64,000 bases of DNA from Patescibacteria group bacterium (lineage in GTDB: Bacteria > Patescibacteriota > Patescibacteriia > Buchananbacterales > UBA6539), in contig JAQTYZ010000001.1 in the NCBI GenBank assembly GCA_028688055.1, positions 242,910 to 306,909 on the forward strand, written 5' to 3'. The first letter of the stretch is position 1. Every line of letters begins with the position of its first letter. The translations under genes and the position numbers were made by a program. Shown piece after piece: positions 1 to 9,604 of this stretch. The notes beneath the pieces are model-generated. The model saw nothing but the letters and a program-made list of their open reading frames with translations, had not been told where the DNA came from and ran no database searches.

Positions 1-998
1 ACCGCCTCACCTCTAATATCGAAACCGCCCAAGCCACGATTGATTTTTTCGCCAGCCTCAATAATTCTTTTAGTGATTGAAGCGACTTGAACGGTCGGAT
101 TTTGTCCATTATTAAAATTATAGTTGTTGGTGCCATTTAAGATTCTTAAAATAGTCTTGGGAATTTCCAGATGGCACAGGTGAAAGGGTTTAGTAATGAC
201 ATAGTATGGCCCTGGCCCGAGCTTAAGATATTCCAAGTAAGGTTTTTGTTCACAATCATGAGTGGCAACAATAAAGATACCAGCTGGACCGGTTGGGCAT
301 AGAACGTAGTCGCTAATTATTTTTTTCATCCCCGCCGCGATTTCCGCTAACCGATTGGCTCCGTCTTCAATATTGGCGCAGTTAATACCCGATAAATTTC
401 GGCAGGCGATGGTGGCCTTTAAGGCATTGGCGACCAGGGCCTGCTCAATCTGCAATTTTGTGCCGTCGGTAAAAGCCGTTACTTGAGTTAATGAGATACC
501 TTGTCTTTTAGACCAGTATGCCATTTCTTCAGGCGTTGGGTTGATGTTCAAAAATCTTTTAATATTGCCAAAGACTAACGGTTTAAAACCCATCGCTTTG
601 ACTTCTTCATTCAAAACCGCGAGTGATCCGGGTTGATCGCCTTCAGCTTCAACAAATTTTCCGAGACGACTTAACACTGTCCCCGAAACAATTTGTAGTT
701 CCGAGTTCATTGTCACTACCGGCAGTCCGGCTCGCAGGACTTTTTCGACTGTGGCAGTGCCATGAATGACGTCCCCGCTGCACTCAACCACTAAGTCGCT
801 ATTATCAATTACCGTTTGGATATCAGCAGTAAATTTAACGCCCCTTAATGATTCATCGCTAATCTCGTCAAACTGGCGGCGGGTTAAGACGTAGCTTACT
901 TCCAACTCGTGATAGTGGTTGAGGGCTAAAATTAAACCGCGCCCGATAAAGCCAGTTCCAATGACGCCAACTTGAAATTTTCGTCCCTGAGAATTCAT
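1..998 (-). CDS. NAD(P)-dependent oxidoreductase, homoserine dehydrogenase-like/SAF-associated family (COG4091-like); 3' end runs off the window
   Basis: Manual translation from ATG at 998: MNSQGRKFQVGVIGTGFIGRG (Rossmann GxGxxG), then VVECSGD, VVTMNSE, EAEGDQPGS, FTDGTKLQIEQALVAN, YLKLGPGPYY. Start is 1 nt after the stop of the GT fusion. Not in the ORF track because it is truncated. Confidence 0.75.
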   Translation of the reverse strand, partial: MNSQGRKFQVGVIGTGFIGRGLILALNHYHELEVSYVLTRRQFDEISDESLRGVKFTADIQTVIDNSDLVVECSGDVIHGTATVEKVLRAGLPVVTMNSELQIVSGTVLSRLGKFVEAEGDQPGSLAVLNEEVKAMGFKPLVFGNIKRFLNINPTPEEMAYWSKRQGISLTQVTAFTDGTKLQIEQALVANALKATIACRNLSGINCANIEDGANRLAEIAAGMKKIISDYVLCPTGPAGIFIVATHDCEQKPYLEYLKLGPGPYYVITKPFHLCHLEIPKTILRILNGTNNYNFNNGQNPTVQVASITKRIIEAGEKINRGLGGFDIRGEA

Positions 999-999
999 A

Positions 1000-3900
1000 T
1001 TATTTATTTATAATCGCCAGAAAATTATTGCTAGTTTTTATCCAATCAAATTTGTTGGCCCAGTCCAAGCATTGAACCATCATTGAATGGCGTAGTTTTT
1101 CGTTGATTATCAGCTCGACCATTTTATCGGCAAATTCTTGGCGGTTGCCATATTCAACTAAGTAACCGGTATGAGGATTACTAACCGAGTCACGTAAGCC
1201 CGGAACGTCAGACGCAATCACCGGCGTGGCGCAGGCGTTGGCTTCAATCGTCGTGATACCCCAGCCTTCCATAAAAGACGGATTAACTAAAACCCAAGCT
1301 TTTTGCAGGAGGCTGATTTTTTGTTGCTCATTAACTTTTCCGGTAAAAGAAACTTTGTCTGACAAATTTAAATTGGTCATCAATTTTTTAAGCTTGTAAT
1401 CTTCCTCACCGCTACCGGCAATGACTAATTTAGCATTCGGAATTTTTTCACTAACAATCTTAAACGCTTCCAGCAAAACATTAATTGATTTATATGCTTT
1501 TAACCGACCGAGATATAAAATTTCCGGGTAAACGCTTTTTTGGCCCGGTTTTAAATCATTAAGATGAACACCTGGATGGACAATCTCAATGCCTGCTTGG
1601 CCAAGACCCAATTCCATTATTTCTTCTTTGCTTGAATTAGAAACGGTGATAAACGGAATTTTTCGGTAAACCAAAGGCATTAAATCTTTTTCCAAAAAAC
1701 TGGCAATTATGGCTAACGGCTTAGCAAGCGATTGACGAAAAACTTCTTGATGAACGTGATGCATTAGGCAATATATTTTTTTTCTTGAATAGAGCGGTGT
1801 AAAAAACGGAATGCCATTTTGACAATCAATAATAACATCATAGTGGCCGCGGAAGCGCAAGCTGTAATAAATAAACGCCCAGAAATAAACAAAATAAAAT
1901 CCACCGCGGCGAATAATTTGTACTCCGTCAACCATTTCATTTCTTAGACACGTTGTATCGTTGCCGCAAAAAATGGTGACATAATGTCCTTGCTTGAGCC
2001 ATTGCTTGGCCATCTCTTGAATATAGGCCTCAGCCCCGCCAGCGAATTTATGTTTAGTATCACGCCAATTAAAAATAAGAATTTTTTTGGTATTGGCATT
2101 GTCAGCAATTGTCGGCAGATTGGCAAATACGCCGAGGAAGTCAATCAGGTTATTTTTAATTGAACCATAGAGGTATTCATAACGATTAAGCCAGGAAATT
2201 GATATTAAGCTCAGCGCGCTAGTTATAAAAATAACGCCGGTTATTTGATAAATATTTTGATGATAGATGATAATACCCAGCGACATCATTACGGAAAAAA
2301 TTAAAGACGCGCCGGCGAAGAAATAATTTTTTTTCGCCAAGTGGTATGAGACATAAACATTGCTAAGGGTAAACATGGCAATCGCCGGCAAATAGATATT
2401 TAAGTATGGCAGCACCACCAATGACTTCGCACCAAAAATAAACGGTATCACCAATCGGCCGAGGGTTAACAAACCAATTGAGCCAAAGCCGACTAAAACG
2501 GCGGTTGCAGCTAAAATAATTCTTAGTTTGTTTTCGGAGTTTTTATTTAAGCCGACGTCGCGACTAACCAGAGTTGTGATGAAAATACTCGGTAGGGCCC
2601 CAAAAAAGAAAACCATTTTTCCAATCAGTGCGAGTAGGGAATACTCGCCAGCAATTTGCGGTGATAAATAATGCTTAACCAAGATGATGTCAAAACTCAA
2701 AAAGACGATGGCGGAAATACCGGCGAACAGTGAAGCGGTATAGAATTTTACCGGGAATTCGATGATGGCGGCTGGTTCCGCTTTAAGGTTTAGTCTATTT
2801 TTGACTAAATAGACTGAGGCTGTCGCCGAAACAATGATTGAAAATGGAATTGAGATAAAGGCAAATTGCCCCAACCCAGCATAGACCAAAACAAACGCCG
2901 CTATCAATTTGCTTACGGACTCGGTCAAAATAATAAGCGCAACGGTTTTAAAATAGAGCGTTCCATTAAGGTAACCTTGGTTAGCAGCAGCAATGACACC
3001 GCCAATTAAAATTGGGGTAAATAACAACAGCGAAAGATAATTTGGCAGCTTAAAAAATATGGTTAAAGTTGGAATAGCTAAGAGCCAAGCCGCCGAGATG
3101 ACAACGGTGGCAATCGCGCCGCGCTTAATAATTTTTTTTAAAAAATTAACACTAGCTTGTTCGCCGACCGCCGTCGACAAGTAAGCGGTTCGGTAATTGA
3201 CTGTTGATGATAAAGCGCCAATAAATATTCCGGCAATAAACCACAGCGTGTTAATGAAAGTAATAAGTCCCAGATTTTCAAAAGTCAAAGCGCGCCCAAG
3301 AAAAGCGTTATATAACAAGTTTAAAACATTTGAAATCATCATCGCCGCCAAAAGTATTCCGCCGCTGGTTAAATTATCCAACTTAATTTTGTAAGGTATC
3401 TTTTCAGCGATGATATTTTGTACTAGCTTAGACGTTGAAGCAAAAAATGACAGCGGTGAACGCTTGCGTAAGTTGGGGCCATTATTATCCCAGCTCCAAT
3501 AATAATCCACCGTTGAGTATGGTAGTCGATCAGTAATCGACTGAAGATCTTGAGGGGTAGTTGATTCTGCCGGCGCTGACGGGATAATGATTTTAAAAAT
3601 TAATAAGCCAAATGATTTTGCCTTAGCTTTGGCAGCTTGGATAAATTCATAGGCCGAATGTTTTTTAATATGCAAACCGTTGTCATCCCAAGACCATTGG
3701 TAGGAACTTAGTCGGTACGAAATTGAACGATACAAATTAGTAACATTATTTTCAATTTTTTGAGTTGTCGCATTACCTTGAGGAATAAACTCGCCAAAAA
3801 ACTGCCAGGTTTTTTGAGCTGTTTGGATTAAGGGTGCCAAAAAAAATTCGCTTGGTTTTATTTTTAGGTGTAAACCGTGATGAGTTTTTTCCCAATAGTG

Positions 3901-6000
3901 AGGCTTAACAATTAATTGGTATAAGGCAAAGTATGAAGCAATACTAGTCATCAGCCAATAAAATGGCACCAAATAAATATATTTCATCAGTGACCAATGA
4001 TTTTTTCTAGCGCAACCAATCATGTAGTAATATAAAAACAAAAAGTTACCGAAGACTAAAGAAGTAGCCGCCATAAAGAAAATTAGCGGTGGAAATAATT
4101 GTTCAATCGTCGGACCAACAATCGAGTATAAAGTAAAATAGGCAATGGTGGCGAGCCATAAAAAAGGATTAATCATGGCAAAGGCAATTTTGCCGCCGAC
4201 CACCAGTTGAAAAATAATTGCATGAACCCCGTTGTAACGAAACAGTTTTAGCGGATGGCGCATATGAACCAAGTAGGTCTGCATATAACCTTTCATCCAA
4301 CGCGATCGCTGACGGAGCCAATTTTTGGCGTGACTATTGGCCTCTTCAAGTGTCGTGGAATCAATAATGGCGGTTTTATAATTTTTTCTAAACAGTCTAA
4401 TGCCTAAATCGCAATCTTCGGTGACATTAAACGGATCCCAACCTTCGAGTTCAACTAAGCTGGCCGTTTTAAAATGATTACTGGTCCCACCGAGGGGAAT
4501 GTAAGTATTTAATGATTGCAAGCCCGTTAAGGTAACATCAAACCATAATGAATATTCGGCGGTAAAAAAGCGCGTCAGTAAATTCTGATGTGGGTTGTGA
4601 TAATTTAATTTTGCCTGTAGACAAGCCACGTCGGGCGCGACTCGCTGGAAGCCAAGATACGCTTTTTTAAGTTGAAGTGGGTCGGGAATATCTTCGGCAT
4701 CATAAATAACTAAATATTCCCCGCGGGCAAAACCTAGGCCATAGTTGCAGGCTTTTGGTTTGGTCTTGGGAAAAGAGTCGGGTACCACTATGGCCCTGAC
4801 GTAGTCGGGCAAATCAAGTTTGGTCGCCATTTCGACGGTGACCTGATCGTCTTCTTCCAATAGCAGCAAAACATCTAAACGATTTTTTGGCCAATCAATT
4901 TTTTTGATAGCTGACAAAAAACTAGGCAACACCTCAGCTTCTTTATACAGCGGACATAAAATTGAATAAACCGGCAAGCTGTTATCATCAAGTAATTTAA
5001 CGTCAGAATTTTTAATTTTAATTTCGGGTGAGTTTTTTAAACTTTTTGTAACAAGATAAAAATTAAATAACACGTCAATAAAATAAACGGCACTCATCAG
5101 GGCGGTAATGATAATGGCGGTGGTCATCGGATTATTGTATAAACCAGCGCTAATCAACAAGATAACGAAAAAAATAAATATTTTTTGCCAGCGGGCAAAA
5201 GTTTGAATGGCGGAAGTTTCTTGCTTCAAAGTGGTGTGAGTAATAAATCTTTTTTTTCTGAAGGCAACCCCGGCGCCAATCATTTTTAATTCAGGAATAA
5301 TTTCAAGAATCTGATTCGGCGTCAACTTGAGTTTAAGCGCGTTAAGGCCGATCTCGTAAGCAACTTTTAAAATTTTAACTTTCGATTGTCCACTTCGGCG
5401 ATTCTCAAACATAATGTCCACTTCGGCGATGCGATAGCCGTAGTGCCTTGATTTTAAAAGAAATTCTAGGTCAAAAGTCCAGGGTGTCGGAGAAACTTTA
5501 ACTTCGTTGAGAATTTTAGTTTTAAATATTTTAAATCCGGATTGAACATCGCAACCCAAGCCGTGTAACCATTTGGCGAATAGTAAATTAAAAACACGGC
5601 TCGCGAGCCGTCGTTTAAAGGATAATTTACTTTCGTTTCGTTTGGCGACCACAATGTCAAAACCCTTTTCAATTTTTTTTAACATTTGTGGCAAGGCTTC
5701 GGGCGGATATTGCAAGTCGCCGTCGATAAAGCCAATCAGATTATATTTAGCCTTGGCAAAACCTTCAAGTAGCGATTGCGCCTTACCCCGTTTACCTTTT
5801 TTTTCATACAGTGAAATCGGAAAAAAATTAGCAAGCTCTCTAACTTTGTCTCTGGTACCATCAGTTGAATGGTCATCAATAAAAATAAGCTCATAGTCTG
5901 CCGTGCCAGTCAGAGCTTGGTCGATGCGATTGATTAACTCAGCAATATTTCCCGCTTCATTTAGAACAGGGATAATGACTGATAGTCTGTTACGATTCAT
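1000..6000 (-). CDS. Multidomain glycosyltransferase: DPM-synthase-like GT2 + processive (cellulose-synthase-like) GT2 + Wzx/MOP-type flippase + GT4
   Basis: N-term SVIIPVLNE, IDDHSTDGT, DGDLQ; second GT2 with YDAED, VTEDCDLG, RQRSRW; long multi-TM region; C-term GT-B with GGAEAY and EGWGITTIEANAC. Confidence 0.9.
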   Translation of the reverse strand: MNRNRLSVIIPVLNEAGNIAELINRIDQALTGTADYELIFIDDHSTDGTRDKVRELANFFPISLYEKKGKRGKAQSLLEGFAKAKYNLIGFIDGDLQYPPEALPQMLKKIEKGFDIVVAKRNESKLSFKRRLASRVFNLLFAKWLHGLGCDVQSGFKIFKTKILNEVKVSPTPWTFDLEFLLKSRHYGYRIAEVDIMFENRRSGQSKVKILKVAYEIGLNALKLKLTPNQILEIIPELKMIGAGVAFRKKRFITHTTLKQETSAIQTFARWQKIFIFFVILLISAGLYNNPMTTAIIITALMSAVYFIDVLFNFYLVTKSLKNSPEIKIKNSDVKLLDDNSLPVYSILCPLYKEAEVLPSFLSAIKKIDWPKNRLDVLLLLEEDDQVTVEMATKLDLPDYVRAIVVPDSFPKTKPKACNYGLGFARGEYLVIYDAEDIPDPLQLKKAYLGFQRVAPDVACLQAKLNYHNPHQNLLTRFFTAEYSLWFDVTLTGLQSLNTYIPLGGTSNHFKTASLVELEGWDPFNVTEDCDLGIRLFRKNYKTAIIDSTTLEEANSHAKNWLRQRSRWMKGYMQTYLVHMRHPLKLFRYNGVHAIIFQLVVGGKIAFAMINPFLWLATIAYFTLYSIVGPTIEQLFPPLIFFMAATSLVFGNFLFLYYYMIGCARKNHWSLMKYIYLVPFYWLMTSIASYFALYQLIVKPHYWEKTHHGLHLKIKPSEFFLAPLIQTAQKTWQFFGEFIPQGNATTQKIENNVTNLYRSISYRLSSYQWSWDDNGLHIKKHSAYEFIQAAKAKAKSFGLLIFKIIIPSAPAESTTPQDLQSITDRLPYSTVDYYWSWDNNGPNLRKRSPLSFFASTSKLVQNIIAEKIPYKIKLDNLTSGGILLAAMMISNVLNLLYNAFLGRALTFENLGLITFINTLWFIAGIFIGALSSTVNYRTAYLSTAVGEQASVNFLKKIIKRGAIATVVISAAWLLAIPTLTIFFKLPNYLSLLLFTPILIGGVIAAANQGYLNGTLYFKTVALIILTESVSKLIAAFVLVYAGLGQFAFISIPFSIIVSATASVYLVKNRLNLKAEPAAIIEFPVKFYTASLFAGISAIVFLSFDIILVKHYLSPQIAGEYSLLALIGKMVFFFGALPSIFITTLVSRDVGLNKNSENKLRIILAATAVLVGFGSIGLLTLGRLVIPFIFGAKSLVVLPYLNIYLPAIAMFTLSNVYVSYHLAKKNYFFAGASLIFSVMMSLGIIIYHQNIYQITGVIFITSALSLISISWLNRYEYLYGSIKNNLIDFLGVFANLPTIADNANTKKILIFNWRDTKHKFAGGAEAYIQEMAKQWLKQGHYVTIFCGNDTTCLRNEMVDGVQIIRRGGFYFVYFWAFIYYSLRFRGHYDVIIDCQNGIPFFTPLYSRKKIYCLMHHVHQEVFRQSLAKPLAIIASFLEKDLMPLVYRKIPFITVSNSSKEEIMELGLGQAGIEIVHPGVHLNDLKPGQKSVYPEILYLGRLKAYKSINVLLEAFKIVSEKIPNAKLVIAGSGEEDYKLKKLMTNLNLSDKVSFTGKVNEQQKISLLQKAWVLVNPSFMEGWGITTIEANACATPVIASDVPGLRDSVSNPHTGYLVEYGNRQEFADKMVELIINEKLRHSMMVQCLDWANKFDWIKTSNNFLAIINK

Positions 6001-6060
6001 TATTATTTAGCAAAAAAACGTATGAATAAATCTACTGATTTTAAGTAAGTAAGCCTATAA

Positions 6061-6089
6061 TTTTTACATTAATATTGCAGTTTTGTCAA
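6061..6089 (-). promoter_or_regulatory. Sigma70-like promoter for the GT fusion operon
   Basis: On the minus strand TTGACA-N17-TAAAAA, about 60 nt upstream of the start at 6000. Confidence 0.5.
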
Positions 6090-6389
6090 GTATTTCAATA
6101 TAACAATTTGTATGACGAAGTATGATTTATTATTAGAATAAATTTTGCTAATTTTAGCAAATTTGCAAAAAAGTGGTTTTTGTGACATTGCTGTTGAAAA
6201 TTTTCTCTCGCTATGCTAAGGTTTCAGGACGGCTAAAATTAGCCAGATCAATGCAAGGACCGCCTCTTGCGGCTCCTTTAACAATAAACTCAACCGGAAA
6301 ATATATAGGAGGGAAGTGGAAGTAAAACGCCTTTTGTCGAGTACGAAACGATGAACCGGGCGAATGCCCAAAACTAGGAGTGTCCAAAG

Positions 6390-7781
6390 ATGAGAATCGT
6401 TCGTAGTGCCACCTTGCTTGCCTTGGTTATCGGCCTGGCAGGTTGCCCGCCGGTCCACCCGATATTCATTTGGGGTGCCGGCCTCTTCGCGACCGACGGC
6501 GGTTGCGAAAACAACTTTTCCGTTTTCGTTACGAACAACAATGCGGCCGAGGCGAGTTTCCAGCTTTGGCAGCAAAACAGCCAAGGTCAGTGGCTCCCGA
6601 CTCAGGACCAGCATAAGGTCCAGTTCGGTCCGGTCGAAAACGTGACACTGTATCGTGTCGACGCGACGTACCAGGGCCAGGACGTGTTCTACTGGAATGG
6701 TGCGTACATTTATTCGCCGTATGGCTATCCTTACCATTACAAGTCAAACGACAAGGACGCCAATGGCGAGAAAGTGTTGCCGGGCTATTACCCCTGGAAT
6801 TACGTGCCTTGGGGCTGGGTGCAGTCGCACGGCGTGTACGGCCATACGACCGAGACAGTTGAAGTCTCGCACATGGATATCATCCATAGTGAAGGTTTCG
6901 ACCTCTACTCGGTTTTTCCCAATCTATCGTCCAGCCCGTACCGAGTCAAAATCACTGGCGTCGATACGGACGGCAAGGCTTTTGTGGCCGCGACCACCGA
7001 TGTTTATTCGGTGGTCGACGATTGCACCGCCAATGGTGGCCCCTGTGGAACACCGAGTCTGCGCATCGACCGTACGCCGCTGTTTGGCGATAACAACGGT
7101 GTCGTCAGCGGCACTGTCTGTCTCGAAAACCCAGTCGGTTGGACCGTGGGCGTTTATGCTCACGTTACCAACGTGTGGCCGGATCCGTACAATCTCATCG
7201 GCGTCGTGCCAATCAACGCGAGTGGTAATTGGACGCAGCAAGGCGTCCAGACTGCGGACGACAAGTTCGCGATCGAATTCTTCGCGTCACTGGCGCCAAC
7301 TGGTACCGTTTACCCCTCGACTTCGCAGGGCATTCCCCAAATTGCGGGGCAGGTTGATTCCGATGTGAAACAACGGACACCGTTTGTGGTGTTTGTCGGC
7401 AACCCCTCTGTCTCGGGTGGCGCTGAGTGCCAGACGAATTATTTCCCAGCGCTATTCGGCGCGATTGCGTACGTCCAACAGGCGAACGGTAACGTTCACC
7501 AGCAGCCGATGTACAGTCCGCCGTCCGCGAGCACGTTGGTATCATTGATACCGGATGCGGGTGGGGCTTTCTGCACCTTCCACATCGCCCTTAACCAGGT
7601 CGCCGCCGGGTCAAGCTACGACCCCGGACAAGCGGCCACGGTCAAGGTGCAGGTCATCCCTCAGGGATACAATTACGTCAAAACGGAGACGGGCATAACG
7701 GTTGACAACCTCAACCTCAACCTGACTCCAGAGGGAGTGGCCGGACGAGGAGCCGATGTCGCCGCCACCTTAGCCCCGTAG
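6390..7781 (+). CDS. High-GC orphan predicted lipoprotein
   Basis: Signal peptide with lipobox LAGC, AGGAG SD upstream, beta-rich composition; 33/60 GC in line 6661 versus 16/60 in line 8401. Confidence 0.75.
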   Translation: MRIVRSATLLALVIGLAGCPPVHPIFIWGAGLFATDGGCENNFSVFVTNNNAAEASFQLWQQNSQGQWLPTQDQHKVQFGPVENVTLYRVDATYQGQDVFYWNGAYIYSPYGYPYHYKSNDKDANGEKVLPGYYPWNYVPWGWVQSHGVYGHTTETVEVSHMDIIHSEGFDLYSVFPNLSSSPYRVKITGVDTDGKAFVAATTDVYSVVDDCTANGGPCGTPSLRIDRTPLFGDNNGVVSGTVCLENPVGWTVGVYAHVTNVWPDPYNLIGVVPINASGNWTQQGVQTADDKFAIEFFASLAPTGTVYPSTSQGIPQIAGQVDSDVKQRTPFVVFVGNPSVSGGAECQTNYFPALFGAIAYVQQANGNVHQQPMYSPPSASTLVSLIPDAGGAFCTFHIALNQVAAGSSYDPGQAATVKVQVIPQGYNYVKTETGITVDNLNLNLTPEGVAGRGADVAATLAP

Positions 7782-7802
7782 CTTTTCGGGAAGAGTAACA
7801 CC

Positions 7803-7862
7803 GCTCGTCGGGAGCTTTGACTGTGGTACGCTGCAGTTAGGGTTCTCGGCGAGTCTTTTTTT
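7803..7862 (+). terminator. Long hairpin (24 bp, UACG loop) followed by a U-tract
   Basis: 7803-7826 pairs without gaps with 7831-7854 (9 G-U pairs), then CTTTTTTT. Confidence 0.8.
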
Positions 7863-7912
7863 ACTTGATTTTAATCTAAAAAAAGCATATAATATTATAG
7901 TAATATTTGGTT

Positions 7913-9601
7913 ATGAAAAAACTTTTTAAATCTAAAATTCTGTGGTCGGTGGTCCTAATTCTAATTATCGGCGGCGTTTTTGCTTATCGATACTTTAATA
8001 AGCCTAAAACGGTTGAATATGTCACCGAGGATGTTAGGCGCGGTAATCTTACCCAAACCATTGATGCAACCGGTAAAGTTAAATCAGCGACCGAAATTGA
8101 CTTAAACTTTAAAAATGCCGGTCGACTGGCAACGGTAAATGTTAAAGTTGGCGATCAAATTAAGGAAGGCCAAATTTTAGCTCAGATTAAAGCCACTGAT
8201 TTGAAAATTAATGTTAATAAAGCGCAGGCTAACTTAAATGAAGCCCTGGCCAATTTAGCCAAGGTCGAAACCGGCGCCACTAAACAAGACATTGCTGTTT
8301 ATCAGGCTGCCGTTGAAAAGGCAAGCAGTGATTTAGACAGTGCCCAATCCGATTTATCGAATATAACCGAAACCTATACTCAGGCTGTGGTTAACCAAAG
8401 GCAAAATATTTTGGTTGATATTAATTCGACTTTGACTAAGGCAAATATTTCTTTACAAACTCTTTATGACACGATTTATTATAAAGGTGATGCCAATAAT
8501 TTAGTTACTTCAAATCAATCGTTATATCAACAAACGGTTAACGGATATTCATTGTCAATTAACAAACTTGATGATGCCGAACTTAGTTATAATATTGCCA
8601 AACTTAACCCAACTGATGATAAAATTAGTGATGCGATTGCAAAAAGTTTAACGGCGCTCGGTCAGGTGTCACAAACCTTAAATGATGGGGGAGCCTTGTT
8701 GGATTATGTAATTATTACTTCATCACTAACTCAGGCCAACTTAGATAGTTTAAAGTTGAATATAAATTCCGAGCGGGTAACAACTAACACGAGTCTTAAT
8801 ACGATCGAGACCGGTAAGCAAGCGTTAAACGATGCGAGTATCACTTTGCAAACAAAAGTGGACTCGGCTAAAAATGCGGTTACCGCGGCTGAAAAAAATT
8901 TAGCTAAGGCTAATGCCGATTTGTCGCTCAAATCAGCACCGGCCAGACCGGAGGATTTGACACTTTATCAGGCCCAGGTTGCGCGCGCGCACGGCGACTT
9001 GCAATTAGCTTTGGACCAATATAGCGACACAATTATTAAAGCCCCGATTGACGGAGTGATTACCGAAGTTAATTTCAGTGTTGGTGAACAAACCAATTTG
9101 AGTCAGCCTGCCATTGTGATGTTGGCCAATGAGGCTTTTGAAATTGAAGTAAATGTTCCGGAGTCTGATATTGTTAAAATAACCAGGGGTGATAATGCTG
9201 AAATCACTTTAGACGCATTTACCGATGCCGATATTTTTGACGGCGTCATCACCACCATTGATCCGGCTCAAACCGAAATTCAAGATGTTATTTATTATAA
9301 AGTTACGGTTGGTTTTCGTCCGGAGCAACCAGCTAAGGTTAAGAATTTAGTGGAAAGAATTAAGCCGGGGATGACTGCTAATTTAACGGTGAAAACCGGT
9401 GAGATCAATGACATTTTGATTATTCCAGCGCGAGCCGTCAAGGAGGAAAATGGCCAAAAATATGTTGAAATACTTGCTAACGGCACACCACAGCGAATAA
9501 ATATTACCATCGGACTTCGTGGCGACGATGGTTTAGTTGAAGTTACGTCTGGTTTAAGTGAAGGTCAAAAAGTCATTACCTTTGTTCGCAATCAGGGTTA
9601 G
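7913..9601 (+). CDS. Efflux RND/ABC periplasmic adaptor subunit (HlyD/MacA-like) with long coiled coil
   Basis: N-terminal TM, lipoyl half-motifs VKVGDQIKEGQIL and IKAPIDGVI, IKPGMTA, VEVTSGLSEG. ATG at 7913 preferred over the TTG at 7907. Confidence 0.85.
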   Translation: MKKLFKSKILWSVVLILIIGGVFAYRYFNKPKTVEYVTEDVRRGNLTQTIDATGKVKSATEIDLNFKNAGRLATVNVKVGDQIKEGQILAQIKATDLKINVNKAQANLNEALANLAKVETGATKQDIAVYQAAVEKASSDLDSAQSDLSNITETYTQAVVNQRQNILVDINSTLTKANISLQTLYDTIYYKGDANNLVTSNQSLYQQTVNGYSLSINKLDDAELSYNIAKLNPTDDKISDAIAKSLTALGQVSQTLNDGGALLDYVIITSSLTQANLDSLKLNINSERVTTNTSLNTIETGKQALNDASITLQTKVDSAKNAVTAAEKNLAKANADLSLKSAPARPEDLTLYQAQVARAHGDLQLALDQYSDTIIKAPIDGVITEVNFSVGEQTNLSQPAIVMLANEAFEIEVNVPESDIVKITRGDNAEITLDAFTDADIFDGVITTIDPAQTEIQDVIYYKVTVGFRPEQPAKVKNLVERIKPGMTANLTVKTGEINDILIIPARAVKEENGQKYVEILANGTPQRINITIGLRGDDGLVEVTSGLSEGQKVITFVRNQG

Positions 9602-9604
9602 TTT

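Noticed and set aside
6216-7545. Several long overlapping ORFs (6216-6737 -, 6655-7368 +, 7213-7545 - and others)
   Set aside because: Expected stop-codon scarcity in a high-GC segment; only 6390-7781 has an SD, signal peptide and terminator.
7803-7854. Integron attC site reading of the long hairpins here and at 43304-43342
   Set aside because: No RYYYAAC/GTTRRRY core boxes at the ends, no cassette array and no integrase in the window; both are followed by U-tracts.
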